DNA from: Candidatus Poribacteria bacterium
GTDB lineage: Bacteria; Poribacteria; WGA-4E; PCPOR2b
Length of the DNA: 64,000 nt
NCBI GenBank assembly: GCA_965116925.1
Contig: OZ220744.1
Coordinates: forward strand, 5,920,001 to 5,984,000
Direction: 5' to 3'
Shown piece by piece: positions 9,004 through 19,062 of the stretch. The notes beneath the pieces are model-generated. The model was given only the letters and a program-made list of their open reading frames with translations. It had not been told where the DNA came from and ran no database searches. A program made the translations under genes and the position numbers. The first letter of the stretch is position 1. Every line of letters begins with the position of its first letter.

Positions 9004-9356
9004 TAGGAGTTACGCAGTTGGTTGAAAAATAGGTTATAATAGTGGTTATAAATCCACCAAAATGCAGCGAATATGACTACATCAACTTTGTGATAGCGAC
9101 ACCGAGTGTCTACAGTTGTACCGAAGCAGCGCGTGTGCAGCCCCTAGATGATAATCCACCCGCGCATGACTCATTGAATCGGTTGCTGTATCGGCTGCCT
9201 GCTGATTCAGAAGCATTGTGGACAGAGGCACAACCCGCTGTCAAAACAGACCAAGGGATTCTGGTCATAGACGACTCTACCCTGGATAAAATGGCTTTGA
9301 TACCAGATAATTTGCTTCTGCACCATCAGCTGGAATCTGGGAGAGAATCCAGTTGA
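9004..9356 (+). pseudogene. IS701-family transposase 5' fragment with left end
   Basis: NPPKCSEYDYINF...SCTEAAR...HDSLNRLL...LVIDDSTLDK, then similarity breaks off; end TAGGAGTTACGCA at 9004-9016. Confidence 0.8.
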
Positions 9357-9472
9357 TGGTGTAACCTTTCCTCGCCTTTCTTAGTTGCGTTTATCTGCTG
9401 CAGCCCTACCCTAACCCCGATGCTAATAGATGTTTATTGCAAGCATCGTCCTTTGAAGATACAAAAAAAATC

Positions 9473-9513
9473 TTGACAAGGGAAAAGATATTCGGTATAA
9501 TTAACAGTGTTAA
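9473..9513 (+). promoter_or_regulatory. tetR promoter and operator
   Basis: TTGACA-17-TATAAT followed by palindrome TTAACAGTGTTAA (9501-9513). Confidence 0.8.
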
Positions 9514-9545
9514 GTTAAATTACTATGTAAATCAGAGGCAAAGCA

Positions 9546-10151
9546 ATGGGTACTAAAGAACGCAGGGCAAGGGAAAAAGAGCAGTTACGGGATCAAATTC
9601 TTTCAGCAGCGCGGGAGTTGTTCGTCAATGAAGGCTACGAGAACGTCTCCATGCGAAAGATTGCTGATAAGATTGAGTATTCACCGACGACGATCTATCT
9701 CTACTTCAAAGACAAGGCAGATCTTTTAGATTCTGTGTGTAAGGAAACCCTCTTGGACCTGTTGAACACGCTTGAGCTGCTAAACAGAGATAAAAGCGAT
9801 CCTGTCGAGACGCTAAGAAAAAGTGGAAAAGCGTATGTCGAATTCGGTCTAAGGTATCCGCAGGATTACAAGTTGACGTTTGTCATCCGTCCCCAGTTCC
9901 AGCAGGGTTTGGGTCTGGAAGAAGGATCGGTTGGCGAAAGGGTGTTTAATTACCTGCGCGAAATGGTCTCTGAATGTATTCGACAAAAGGTATTTCGGCA
10001 AGTGGATGTCGATACCGCTGGTCAGGCGCTGTGGTCAGCAGTTCACGGCGTCACATTGCTCCTGATCGATTTTTCCGATTTTCCTTGGACCGAGAAAGAC
10101 AAATTGATCGATACGGTCATTCACACAATGATCGAGGGGTTGAAAGCATAG
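9546..10151 (+). CDS. TetR/AcrR-family regulator (WHG-type C-terminus)
   Basis: ILSAARELF...SMRKIADKIEYSPTTIYLYFKDK; LWSAVHG. Confidence 0.95.
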   Translation: MGTKERRAREKEQLRDQILSAARELFVNEGYENVSMRKIADKIEYSPTTIYLYFKDKADLLDSVCKETLLDLLNTLELLNRDKSDPVETLRKSGKAYVEFGLRYPQDYKLTFVIRPQFQQGLGLEEGSVGERVFNYLREMVSECIRQKVFRQVDVDTAGQALWSAVHGVTLLLIDFSDFPWTEKDKLIDTVIHTMIEGLKA

Positions 10152-10234
10152 ATTCTAGGTTATAGTGGATTCTACAAATGTCAAGTATTTTGAACCGGAG
10201 CGTCAAAAAAGATAACTTAATTAGGAGGTGCTGT

Positions 10235-10705
10235 ATGCACATGAGAACACTTTTCATCGTTATATTGGCGATAACATTATGTGGTTGTGAAGCACTTGTT
10301 GATACAGTGGTTACGCAGCCGGAGGAGAACCAACTTGTCGGGGTGTGGACCATTGAGACGATAGATGGTCAAACATTAGAGATGGCTATCCCCGGAGCGC
10401 AAGAGCTCGCTGATTTCTTTGACATCTGGACGTTCTATCGTGATGGTCGATACGAGCGGATATGGGGGTGGACGCCCGCAGCCAACGCCGATGGCGTATT
10501 CGTCTCACCGCCCCTCTACTTTAGTATCGATGGGAACTATACTGTGGAGGGTTCGCGATTTACCATGACGGTTGAGAACTCAATGTTCTTTGGCGATGCG
10601 CCAAACCCCGGTGATGAAATGAGCGGCACATGGGTCAGGGAAGAATCGACATTGACACTCACCTTTGATGACGGCACGGTTATTGTCCTGAAAGAAAGGG
10701 TGTGA
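10235..10705 (+). CDS. Lipocalin-like lipoprotein
   Basis: Lipobox LCGC, LVGVWT, repeated G-x-W/Y strands. Confidence 0.75.
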   Translation: MHMRTLFIVILAITLCGCEALVDTVVTQPEENQLVGVWTIETIDGQTLEMAIPGAQELADFFDIWTFYRDGRYERIWGWTPAANADGVFVSPPLYFSIDGNYTVEGSRFTMTVENSMFFGDAPNPGDEMSGTWVREESTLTLTFDDGTVIVLKERV

Positions 10706-10891
10706 AAAAGGTAGTTCAACAACTTATAGCAGTCAATTCCTCTTGAAGTACTCCTATGCAAGTTTGCTACTACAATCAAGTTGGGGTTGACTGCCCTCAA
10801 ATCATTCATAGTGAATTCTACAAATAAATAGACATTAAAAGCAGTAGGCACATTATATGGCGAAGGTCGCCATATTTTTTTGGTTGGTATA

Positions 10892-10904
10892 TTAACACTG
10901 TTAA
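10892..10904. promoter_or_regulatory. Second TetR operator
   Basis: TTAACACTGTTAA, reverse complement of the 9501-9513 site. Confidence 0.7.
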
Positions 10905-10952
10905 GTTATTTATCTATGTTAATACATAGAAAACCCTGAAAGGAAAATAAAA

Positions 10953-12614
10953 ATGAAGAAACGGAACTTATTCTACAAACACTTTCTTTTCGCAAAACTT
11001 AGCTTGACTACTAATCACACGAGGTACCATGAACTCAGCCGCTTCTTTATGCTAGTTTTTGGATTCTTCCTATCAGGATGTTCAGTCCTGTCCGGTGAAG
11101 AGGTTGATCCGATATTAACTGCCTCCACGGAATTTACTTTTGGGCAGTATGAAGTCTTCACCGGGACCGCGAAACACCAGACGATTTTGACGGGGTTTCT
11201 GTTTGGTAATGCTACTGCGGAACTTGTCGTGGTGAATATCGACGAGAAGGATGAGCGTCGTTTGCACATCTACGCGTTTGATGACGACAGTTGGGCACTG
11301 AAACTGGAAGCAACACTGCGACCCGAAGTGTTATTCGTTGATGTGGCTAACATCGGTGGACGGGACCGCTTGATTACCTATGAGGCGGGACGCCTGAACT
11401 GGTTTAATCCCGAATCGGCAACGGAGCACTTGTTGACGGCTGCTGCTTCCAACGTTCCGCCTCCCATTGACGAAATTCCCCATCTTGATGTTACGCAGGA
11501 CCTTAACGGTGATAACTGTGACGACTTAGTTCTGCCAGACTCCGACGGCTTCTGGGTATTCATCCAGATGAAAGATGGCATGTTCGCCGATCCAGTGAAG
11601 ATTGGTCGCTCTATTGAGATAGGTAGAATCTACGCAACCGACGGATATCGATATAACCCTTGGACTGAAGCGCGTATCCATGAGATGGACTATGACCAAG
11701 ACGGTCGCAGTGATTTAGTGTTCTGGAACGAGGATCATTTCGTCGTTCATCACCAAGATGAGCGTGGGTTATTCTCCCCTATGGCTAAGACCTTCACAAC
11801 CGAGGTTGCCTTCGACTCCGATGACCTCGGTTCCCTTGTCGCTCCCGACGGGGTTCGTGGCAGACGTTTCGACCACGGAGCACCCGGTGCCATGACGGGG
11901 AGGGTGCTGCACAGGTTAACCGACATGAACCACGACGGTATCGCCGATCTCTCGATCTTCTCGTTGCGAGCAGGGAAAAGTGGTTTTCTAGGGCAGACCT
12001 CCGAACTATGGAATATGCACTCCACCTACGAGGTACACTTCGGTAGGCAGACACCCGGCGGCACTGTGTTCGAGACGGAAGTCGGCACCATGATCCGGTC
12101 GGACGGCATCCCGTTTGAGATAGGCGCGCGCGACTTGGACTACGACGGTCAGGTTGATGTGATGTGTGCGGTTATCGACCCGGGCATCTTCAAAATTATC
12201 GGTATGTTGGCGAGGGGGATCGCGACGGATTCTGCGTTGCTGGATCTCAATCTCTACCGCATGGAAGGAGGGGCATATCCCGACGAACGTGACGCCACCT
12301 ACAAGATCAAGGCGTACACGCCCGGCGATTCGGGGAAGAAAGCCATGCACTTCCCAGCGTTGCTATTTGGAGATGTAAACGGCGATGGACGCCCGGACCT
12401 GCTAGCGCAGAATGGGCAAAAAGAATTGCACGTCTTTGTCGGCGTGCCGGGGCCTAACCTGTTTGCCCGGAAGCCTCAAAAGGTAGAAGTAGTCATGCCC
12501 TACGAGGAATACACTTGGCTGGTAGACTTTAACAAGGACGGGCTGCAGGATCTCCTCATGCACCATCCGTCCACCACCGAACCCCATCGGGTGACGATGC
12601 TGATCGCTCAATGA
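10953..12614 (+). CDS. FG-GAP/VCBS repeat lipoprotein
   Basis: Repeated DLNGD..DDL, DYDQDGRSDL, DMNHDGIADL, DVNGDGRPDL, DFNKDGLQDL; LSGC lipobox. Confidence 0.88.
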   Translation: MKKRNLFYKHFLFAKLSLTTNHTRYHELSRFFMLVFGFFLSGCSVLSGEEVDPILTASTEFTFGQYEVFTGTAKHQTILTGFLFGNATAELVVVNIDEKDERRLHIYAFDDDSWALKLEATLRPEVLFVDVANIGGRDRLITYEAGRLNWFNPESATEHLLTAAASNVPPPIDEIPHLDVTQDLNGDNCDDLVLPDSDGFWVFIQMKDGMFADPVKIGRSIEIGRIYATDGYRYNPWTEARIHEMDYDQDGRSDLVFWNEDHFVVHHQDERGLFSPMAKTFTTEVAFDSDDLGSLVAPDGVRGRRFDHGAPGAMTGRVLHRLTDMNHDGIADLSIFSLRAGKSGFLGQTSELWNMHSTYEVHFGRQTPGGTVFETEVGTMIRSDGIPFEIGARDLDYDGQVDVMCAVIDPGIFKIIGMLARGIATDSALLDLNLYRMEGGAYPDERDATYKIKAYTPGDSGKKAMHFPALLFGDVNGDGRPDLLAQNGQKELHVFVGVPGPNLFARKPQKVEVVMPYEEYTWLVDFNKDGLQDLLMHHPSTTEPHRVTMLIAQ

Positions 12615-12885
12615 GCGAAATTGGTGATTTATATCGTTGCGTTTCACATTGGTAGCACCGCAGTTAAGTGTGGTAGGCATCAAATGTCTGAAATTATGGG
12701 CAAAATCCGAGGCACACCCAAAAATGGCATACATCGGTAATACGCCTCGAAACCCCGTGTTCATTGAGGATTTCTCTGATGAATGCCTTGTTGCTGTATG
12801 AACGATTTTGCAAACTTGAGTGCCGATTTCACTACTCCACACTTTAGTGCAGACCTACCTTCACATTTCAAAAAGGAGGAAAACA

Positions 12886-13446
12886 GTGATACGTTCAATT
12901 TTTTGCTTTATGGCTACTCTCTTGGGAATAATCTTCAGTTTCTCAACTCAAGTGCAAGCAGCTGACCTTACCAGAAATTTCGGTATTGGACTTCAGGGAG
13001 CTGCGCCTGCATACGGCCTTGTTCAAGAGCAATCGGAGCCAATCCTTGGTGGAATCAGTTTTCGCTATAACGGACTGGCACCCATCTATTTCCAAACCGT
13101 TGGACATTTTGTTCTTGATGATCAGGATAGTGACCATATATTAGGTGCTGGCATTTCATACGCCATATTCGAGCACCAAAGTCAGTGGAATATAGCCCGA
13201 CTTTATTTCGCATTGGAGGGTGGCGGGCGGTATCAAAAAAAACAAGAACTCAATCAAGAGACGCTCAAAACCACGACTCTCGGAGCTGGCCTCGCTTTTG
13301 GGGGTGAACTTGTGTTTTCACTGGAAGGGATTCCTCTCGGTTTGAACGTGAAAGTCGGTCAAGGATTTGGCAAGGAAACGGTTGATTCTCAATCCAAGGG
13401 TCGCGCCGGCGTTTATGTAGGAACAGGCATACACGCCTATTTTTAG
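12886..13446 (+). CDS. Putative small outer-membrane beta-barrel protein
   Basis: Signal peptide VQA-A, amphipathic strands, C-terminal HAYF; GTG start with AGGAGG. Confidence 0.7.
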   Translation: MIRSIFCFMATLLGIIFSFSTQVQAADLTRNFGIGLQGAAPAYGLVQEQSEPILGGISFRYNGLAPIYFQTVGHFVLDDQDSDHILGAGISYAIFEHQSQWNIARLYFALEGGGRYQKKQELNQETLKTTTLGAGLAFGGELVFSLEGIPLGLNVKVGQGFGKETVDSQSKGRAGVYVGTGIHAYF

Positions 13447-13497
13447 ACTCTCTTTTTGATTCATATAAAGAGAAAATGTGAGATATGAAGCGAAATC

Positions 13498-13590
13498 GTA
13501 GGGGCGGGGTTTCCCCGCCCGCAGTAGGGGTTAGGTCACCTAACCCCTACAAAGCCCGATTGCTGTTGCGCGCTTTCTTAACATCAGCCA
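13498..13590. repeat. GTAG-type REP hairpins ending in a CTTAACATCAGCC MITE-like end
   Basis: GTAGGGGCGGGGTTTCCCCGCCC and GTAGGGGGTTAGGTCACCTAACCCCTAC. Confidence 0.65.
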
Positions 13591-13686
13591 CTCATATTAT
13601 CCTATAACGTCCACCTGTCAATTAAAATATCTTGCTTTTCCAAATTATTTTCTTTATCATGGTACGGGGACAGAAAGGGTGAGGTA

Positions 13687-14790
13687 ATGATTCATAAACA
13701 AATCAGGGCAGTGCTAATCACGATTTTGGTATGCGCGTTACTTTCTCAGTCGAATGCGGCTTCCGCTGAAGTGAGTGAGGCAGGGCAGCTCTATGAGACT
13801 GCTTTCAGGCGAATAGTTGAGGGGGATTACGGTGAGGCGTACGATCGGCTCAACGAAGTCATTGACAGATACCCGGACACTGTCTACGCGCGGTTTGCGG
13901 AAGATCAGCGGCAGCGGTTGGAACAGATGAATCTGCCAAGCATTCGCCGCAAGAAAATTGACCAGAGTGGTCGAATTGGGACTGTGGTGTTCAGCACCTT
14001 GTATTCGACATGGCTGGGAATTGGCACAGCGAGGCTTGCTGATGAAACAGACAACGCAAAAAGCATCGCTACCGGTATGATGATAGGGGCACCGGCGGGA
14101 CTTTTGGCCTCTCTGGTTGCGACGCGAAATGCCAAATTGACCCGTGGACAGTCCGCTTTAATCAACTTCAGTGGTGCTTGGGGAACGTGGCAAGGATTGG
14201 GCTGGGCAATTCTAATTGACGAGGAGGATGGCGAAAAGCCGTTGATTGGCGGCGCAATGATCGGTGGACTGTCGGGCATTCTGACGACCTCTATTCTCAC
14301 AAGAAGAATTGATCCGAATTTAGGAGACATGGCGATAATCAATTACGGTGCACTTTGGAGCACATGGTTATCTTTGTGTGCAGGTCAAGTTGCCGGTGTT
14401 GAAGGTGGAGAGGAATTACTCGCTTGGACGCTCATTGGGGGGAATTTGGGTATGACAGCAATGGCATTGGTTTCCCCAAACATTGACATTACGCCAGCAC
14501 GGGCGAATTGGATTAATCTGGGAGGGGTTATCGGTACTACAGTTGCCAGCGGAATAGTGACGATAATTGCTGAAAGCAATATTAGTGAGGAGGCCGCATT
14601 TGGGGCCCTAATGGTTGGCGGCATTGCTGGGCTTATTACAGGCGTTTACAACACCCGTCATATCTCGCCTCCAGAAGCGAGTGAAGGGCTGAGTCGCCGG
14701 AATGATTCGACGCTATGGGATAGCCCTCCACACCAATTGCAGTTAAGTTCTAACGGTATACACACCAATTTCTTCAGCCTCCGATTTTGA
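13687..14790 (+). CDS. Exported protein: TPR-like N-terminus + Gly-rich hydrophobic repeats
   Basis: Signal peptide; GDYGEAY...RYPDT; three LINxGxxWGTW-like repeats. Confidence 0.8.
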   Translation: MIHKQIRAVLITILVCALLSQSNAASAEVSEAGQLYETAFRRIVEGDYGEAYDRLNEVIDRYPDTVYARFAEDQRQRLEQMNLPSIRRKKIDQSGRIGTVVFSTLYSTWLGIGTARLADETDNAKSIATGMMIGAPAGLLASLVATRNAKLTRGQSALINFSGAWGTWQGLGWAILIDEEDGEKPLIGGAMIGGLSGILTTSILTRRIDPNLGDMAIINYGALWSTWLSLCAGQVAGVEGGEELLAWTLIGGNLGMTAMALVSPNIDITPARANWINLGGVIGTTVASGIVTIIAESNISEEAAFGALMVGGIAGLITGVYNTRHISPPEASEGLSRRNDSTLWDSPPHQLQLSSNGIHTNFFSLRF

Positions 14791-14834
14791 TCGCGGATCC
14801 TTTCATTGAGTCAACAACTAGAAAGATTGAAACT

Positions 14835-15983
14835 ATGCCGAATCAATTCATCAAAATTATTGTCGCAGTTCTTCTTTCCTTTTCCTCACCTCCTCTGTGG
14901 GCGGGTGAGATTGAATCAGAAGTCAAAGCACTGGAAGCACGATTGATCTATGAAGAAGCTGTTAAGCGGGTTGTCGATGGGGAATACGATGCAGCCCTCA
15001 GACGACTGGACTGGCTTAGTGCTTCCTATCCCGAAACAGCACATGGGCGATTGGCAACGGATAAAAAGCAGGAAATTGCTATTTTGCTACAGCAACCCAA
15101 ACCGATCAGCGGCATAAGCAGGGCGGGACTTGTTAGTTTCGGTACGCTCTTTACGACATGGCTAGGTGTTGGCGCGCTGATACTTGCGGATGTAGAGGAT
15201 CCGGTCCCTTACGGGCTTGTTCTGATTGCGGGGCCCGTAGGCGGATTAGCCGGCTCTTTAAGCCTCACGCGGAACATCGAACTGAGCGATGGGCAGGCTT
15301 CATTGATTAATCTTGGAGGCGTTTGGGGTATCTGGCAAGCGGTCGGAGCAGCTGCCCTTGCTGATGCCAGTGAAAAGCCGACTGTGTATGCTAGCATGGT
15401 GGGCGGTGCTCTTGGATTGGCGTTGGCTAGCAGTATTGTCAAAGGCAGAGACATCAGTCCCGGTGATGCAACGCTAATCAATTTCGGCGGGATCTGGGGA
15501 ACATGGTTTTCGATTTGTGGGGCGATGGCTGCTCGCGACAGGAGCCGTGATAACAGCAAATTTGTTCTCGGCAGTGCAATGATGGGCGGCAATGTTGGAC
15601 TATCAGCCATGGCGGCGTGGTCAACGAAACTGAATATGAGTCGTGCTCGCGCCCGTCTTATCAATATCGGAGGCATCGTAGGTACACTCTACGGTTTAGG
15701 CACAAGTATTCTGCTTGATATTGAGCCGGAGGACCGGAGTTTTTGGTCACTCATGGGAATCGGCGGTGTGGTTGGGTTGACAGCGGGTTCCTATTTTACC
15801 CGAAACTACGACGCTCCAGAGAGTTATTTCACAGAAAGTGGTGTGGGGTTACTGAATCTTGAACCCGTTGAGAAGAGATGGGACCTATCTTTTCCATCGA
15901 TTACTATTTCCCCTATCAGTAACAGAGATTCGCGGATTCCTGATGTTGAATTGCGGACATCGTTGATTCAGGTTCAGTTCTAA
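14835..15983 (+). CDS. Tandem paralog of 13687-14790
   Basis: Same architecture; GEYDAAL...SYPET; LINLGGVWG, LINFGGIWG, LINIGGIVG. Confidence 0.8.
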   Translation: MPNQFIKIIVAVLLSFSSPPLWAGEIESEVKALEARLIYEEAVKRVVDGEYDAALRRLDWLSASYPETAHGRLATDKKQEIAILLQQPKPISGISRAGLVSFGTLFTTWLGVGALILADVEDPVPYGLVLIAGPVGGLAGSLSLTRNIELSDGQASLINLGGVWGIWQAVGAAALADASEKPTVYASMVGGALGLALASSIVKGRDISPGDATLINFGGIWGTWFSICGAMAARDRSRDNSKFVLGSAMMGGNVGLSAMAAWSTKLNMSRARARLINIGGIVGTLYGLGTSILLDIEPEDRSFWSLMGIGGVVGLTAGSYFTRNYDAPESYFTESGVGLLNLEPVEKRWDLSFPSITISPISNRDSRIPDVELRTSLIQVQF

Positions 15984-16021
15984 CAGCAGAGGTCGGAGAG
16001 GAGCACCGCAATACAGGCATA

Positions 16022-17242
16022 ATGAACAAGGTTGAGGGGGCACACTCCACAACAGATCAGACGCATCCTAATTTTCCGGATAGGACTACCATCCGGGCGT
16101 ACTATGTCGGTATGTTTCTCTACTGGGGCGCGCTATATGTCTACTCGCCGATTTTATCCGTATATGCTCAGTCGTTGGGTGCCTCGTTCACGACAGTGGG
16201 AATGGTTGTCGGGGCATACGGCTTCGTACAGATGTGGCTGCGAATTCCGTTGGGTGTATGGTCAGATCGGTTGGGACGGCGCTTGCCCTTTCTTTACGCT
16301 GGGCACTTTTTCAACCTCGTCGGGTGTTTAGGGCTTGCGATGGCACCGACACCGATGTACCTTGTGATCTTCCGTGGCGTGCTTGGTGTCAGTGCCGCCA
16401 CATGGGTTGCGTTCACTGTGCTATTCGCTAGTTACTTCCCGCCGAATCAGAGTCCCAAGGCGATGGGTGTTGTTACGGCTATCAATGGCATCTCGCTTAT
16501 TGTCGTCAATGGACTCGGCGGTCAAATCGCTCAGATGTGGGGGATGGGTGCTACGTTCTACGTTGGTGCGATTCTGGCGGCTATAGGTCTCATAGCAACC
16601 ATACCTATTAAGGAACATCGGGCGACGCGTCAACCTCCTACATTTCGACAAATATGGCGTGTCATCACACACCCTGCCCTGATGCTCATTGCGATTATCA
16701 CGGCACTCAATCACTACTCATTTTGGGCGACTACCTTTGGTTTTATTCCGCTCTATGCGGAGAATCTGGGGGCAAGCAAATTGGTGCTCGGCATCATTGG
16801 GGTAGCGGCGCTGGTGCCCTATACGTTAACCGCTCCGATGAACCATCACTTTGCTGCTCGCTTGGGCGAAAACCGCGCTGTTTTTGTGGGAATTATGGTG
16901 ATGGCGGCGACGATGCTTGTTGTCCCCTTAATCAACAATATCCCGCTGCTGGCAGTTTCCCAAGGCGCGAGCGGGTTTGGACGGGGGCTTGTGTACCCTT
17001 TGTTGATGGGACTGAGTATCCGAGAGATATCTGGTGAGGACCGGGCGACAGCAATGGGTGTGTTTCAAGCGGTGTATGCGATCGGTATGTTTTTGGGACC
17101 AATGACCGCTGGTGCCGTCGCCGATGTGGTAGGGCTTTCTGGGGCGTTCATCATTGCCGGCACGGTTTCAGTGATTGCAGCGATAGCAGCTTTAATCCTC
17201 TTGAGACGGACAAACGATCTCTCAAAACGTGGAGGGGCATAA
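16022..17242 (+). CDS. MFS transporter
   Basis: About 12 TM segments; GVWSDRLGRR motif A. Confidence 0.93.
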   Translation: MNKVEGAHSTTDQTHPNFPDRTTIRAYYVGMFLYWGALYVYSPILSVYAQSLGASFTTVGMVVGAYGFVQMWLRIPLGVWSDRLGRRLPFLYAGHFFNLVGCLGLAMAPTPMYLVIFRGVLGVSAATWVAFTVLFASYFPPNQSPKAMGVVTAINGISLIVVNGLGGQIAQMWGMGATFYVGAILAAIGLIATIPIKEHRATRQPPTFRQIWRVITHPALMLIAIITALNHYSFWATTFGFIPLYAENLGASKLVLGIIGVAALVPYTLTAPMNHHFAARLGENRAVFVGIMVMAATMLVVPLINNIPLLAVSQGASGFGRGLVYPLLMGLSIREISGEDRATAMGVFQAVYAIGMFLGPMTAGAVADVVGLSGAFIIAGTVSVIAAIAALILLRRTNDLSKRGGA

Positions 17243-17259
17243 GCTTCAATCAGCACACA

Positions 17260-18063
17260 TCACAGTTTTCCGTCCGCCCGCATTCGGGCTCCATAGGCTT
17301 CGATCTCGGTTTTTTCCTCTGGCGTGAGTGTATGGCGATCGGACAGTGCGGAGGCAATCCGACTGAAGCGGGGCACGTTTCGCAAGCCCATGATAGTTAG
17401 ACCCACTGACTCATGGCTGAGGACATAGCGATAGAATTGTTCTTCTGCCGGCGCGCCTGCGCCATCGAAGAGTTTATCGTTTCGTGACGCATTCATAATC
17501 ACTACGCCGGTGTTATACTTGTGTGCCTCCGGAAACACGGTGCCCTCCGGCTCCTTCATGGCGCAATTGTACCAACATAACACAGTATCAAAAAATCCGG
17601 TCGCAACCGCCTGCCCGATCTGTTCCCAATCGTGACCCGTAACACCGATGAAGCGAATTAGTCCTTCCTCGCGCGCTTTTTGAACCGCTTCCAGCGCGCC
17701 ATCGGCTGCCAGCGCACGATTTCGTTCCTCTTCGGTGTTCAGATGGTGGAGTTGGTAGATGTCGATGTAATCTGTTCCCAATAGGCGCAGCGATGTTTCA
17801 AGATCCCGACGTGCCCCTGCGGCATCGCGCTGTTGAGTCTTGGTTGCTAGAATCAATTCATGCCGCCGTCCTTGGATGGCATTTCCGATAACCCTTTCGT
17901 CGTCTCCATCCCGATACGCTCGGGCTGTATCCATATAATTGACGCCACAGTCTAATGCGGTTCTATACCCATCAGCAGTTTCGCAATATGCACCGCCGGT
18001 GCCGAGTCGAGTTACGACCAATCCTGTTCGACCAAGAGTTGTTCGGGGAATCTGATCTGCCAT
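17260..18063 (-). CDS. Aldo/keto reductase
   Basis: LGRTGL, DTARAY, ATK, SLRLLGTDYIDIYQLH. Confidence 0.93.
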   Translation of the reverse strand: MADQIPRTTLGRTGLVVTRLGTGGAYCETADGYRTALDCGVNYMDTARAYRDGDDERVIGNAIQGRRHELILATKTQQRDAAGARRDLETSLRLLGTDYIDIYQLHHLNTEEERNRALAADGALEAVQKAREEGLIRFIGVTGHDWEQIGQAVATGFFDTVLCWYNCAMKEPEGTVFPEAHKYNTGVVIMNASRNDKLFDGAGAPAEEQFYRYVLSHESVGLTIMGLRNVPRFSRIASALSDRHTLTPEEKTEIEAYGARMRADGKL

Positions 18064-18148
18064 GAGCGTACACCTCCGTGATTATCTTATCGTTCTAATC
18101 GCTATACACTTATTGACCTGCTGGAGTTGTGTCGGTTCATTAGTTCAT

Positions 18149-18425
18149 TATAGTAGATTTTAGAATTAATGGGACACGCCTCCCCGGTAGGTGCGGTTTG
18201 ATGAAGTTTAAGTATTTAAATCGGTAATCCCGATTTTCCTCGAAACATCCGGTAGGCGCGGTTTTATGAGATTTAAGTATTTAAATCGGTACTTCCGATT
18301 TCCCTCGAAACACACGGTAGGCGCGGTTTTCCCCCGCGCCGATGTCGCTAGCAAATTACCGAACTGTTTTTTTAATTTTCATCCAACCGCACCTACCGGG
18401 GGGACGCAATTTTGAATGCACTATA
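18149..18425. mobile_element. TATAGT-ended (Correia-like) MITE with internal 65-bp tandem units
   Basis: TATAGTAGATT...AATGCACTATA; relatives at 20067-20169 and 52123-52230. Confidence 0.7.
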
Positions 18426-18582
18426 ATTATACCTGTTTGTGAGGGTGTGTCAATCCAAAAGGTAAGATTGGGGTTCAAGGAAATCTGCTTGACATGCCAT
18501 CTATCAGTCGTTAAAATATATCAGATCCCAACATGTTTCGCAACGTCTGTTAAAAATAACCGAGTACGAGGAGTTTCGCTAT

Positions 18583-18930
18583 ATGCCGACATACGAATAT
18601 AAATGCCTGGATTGTGGCATCCAGTTTGAGCGGTTTCAAGGTATTACCGAAGATCCCATCCAGGAATGTCCCGAATGTTCAGGTCAGACCAAGCGGTTAA
18701 TCGGTGCTGGTGCCGGGCTGATTTTTAAGGGTTCAGGCTTCTACATCACGGACTATCGCAGTGAAGGATACAAAGAGAGCGCGAAAAAAGACAAAGATTC
18801 GTCATCGAGCAGTGGTGGGGATAGCAAAAGTGGCGAGAGCAAAAGCGGAGATAGTAAAAGCGGCGATTCTAAATCTAGCAAGACAGAGAGCAGTGATTCT
18901 TCCAAATCGACTTCAGATGCAAGTGCTTGA
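18583..18930 (+). CDS. FmdB-family zinc ribbon protein with Ser/Lys-rich tail
   Basis: MPTYEYKC..C, CPEC, FKGSGFYITDY. Confidence 0.92.
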   Translation: MPTYEYKCLDCGIQFERFQGITEDPIQECPECSGQTKRLIGAGAGLIFKGSGFYITDYRSEGYKESAKKDKDSSSSSGGDSKSGESKSGDSKSGDSKSSKTESSDSSKSTSDASA

Positions 18931-19062
18931 GAGATGGTTCATAAGTAATTTCGTATTTCGTGGTGAACCATCCACCGGCACAATCAGCACCCTACGCATA
19001 GGCAACGCTCTCGCTATAGAGGATTGTCAGATGACCTTATCTATTAGCCGAAAGGGGAAAGC

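Noticed and set aside
18185..18345. 65-bp periodic units as a mini CRISPR array
   Set aside because: The intervening sequences are themselves near-identical and lie inside a MITE
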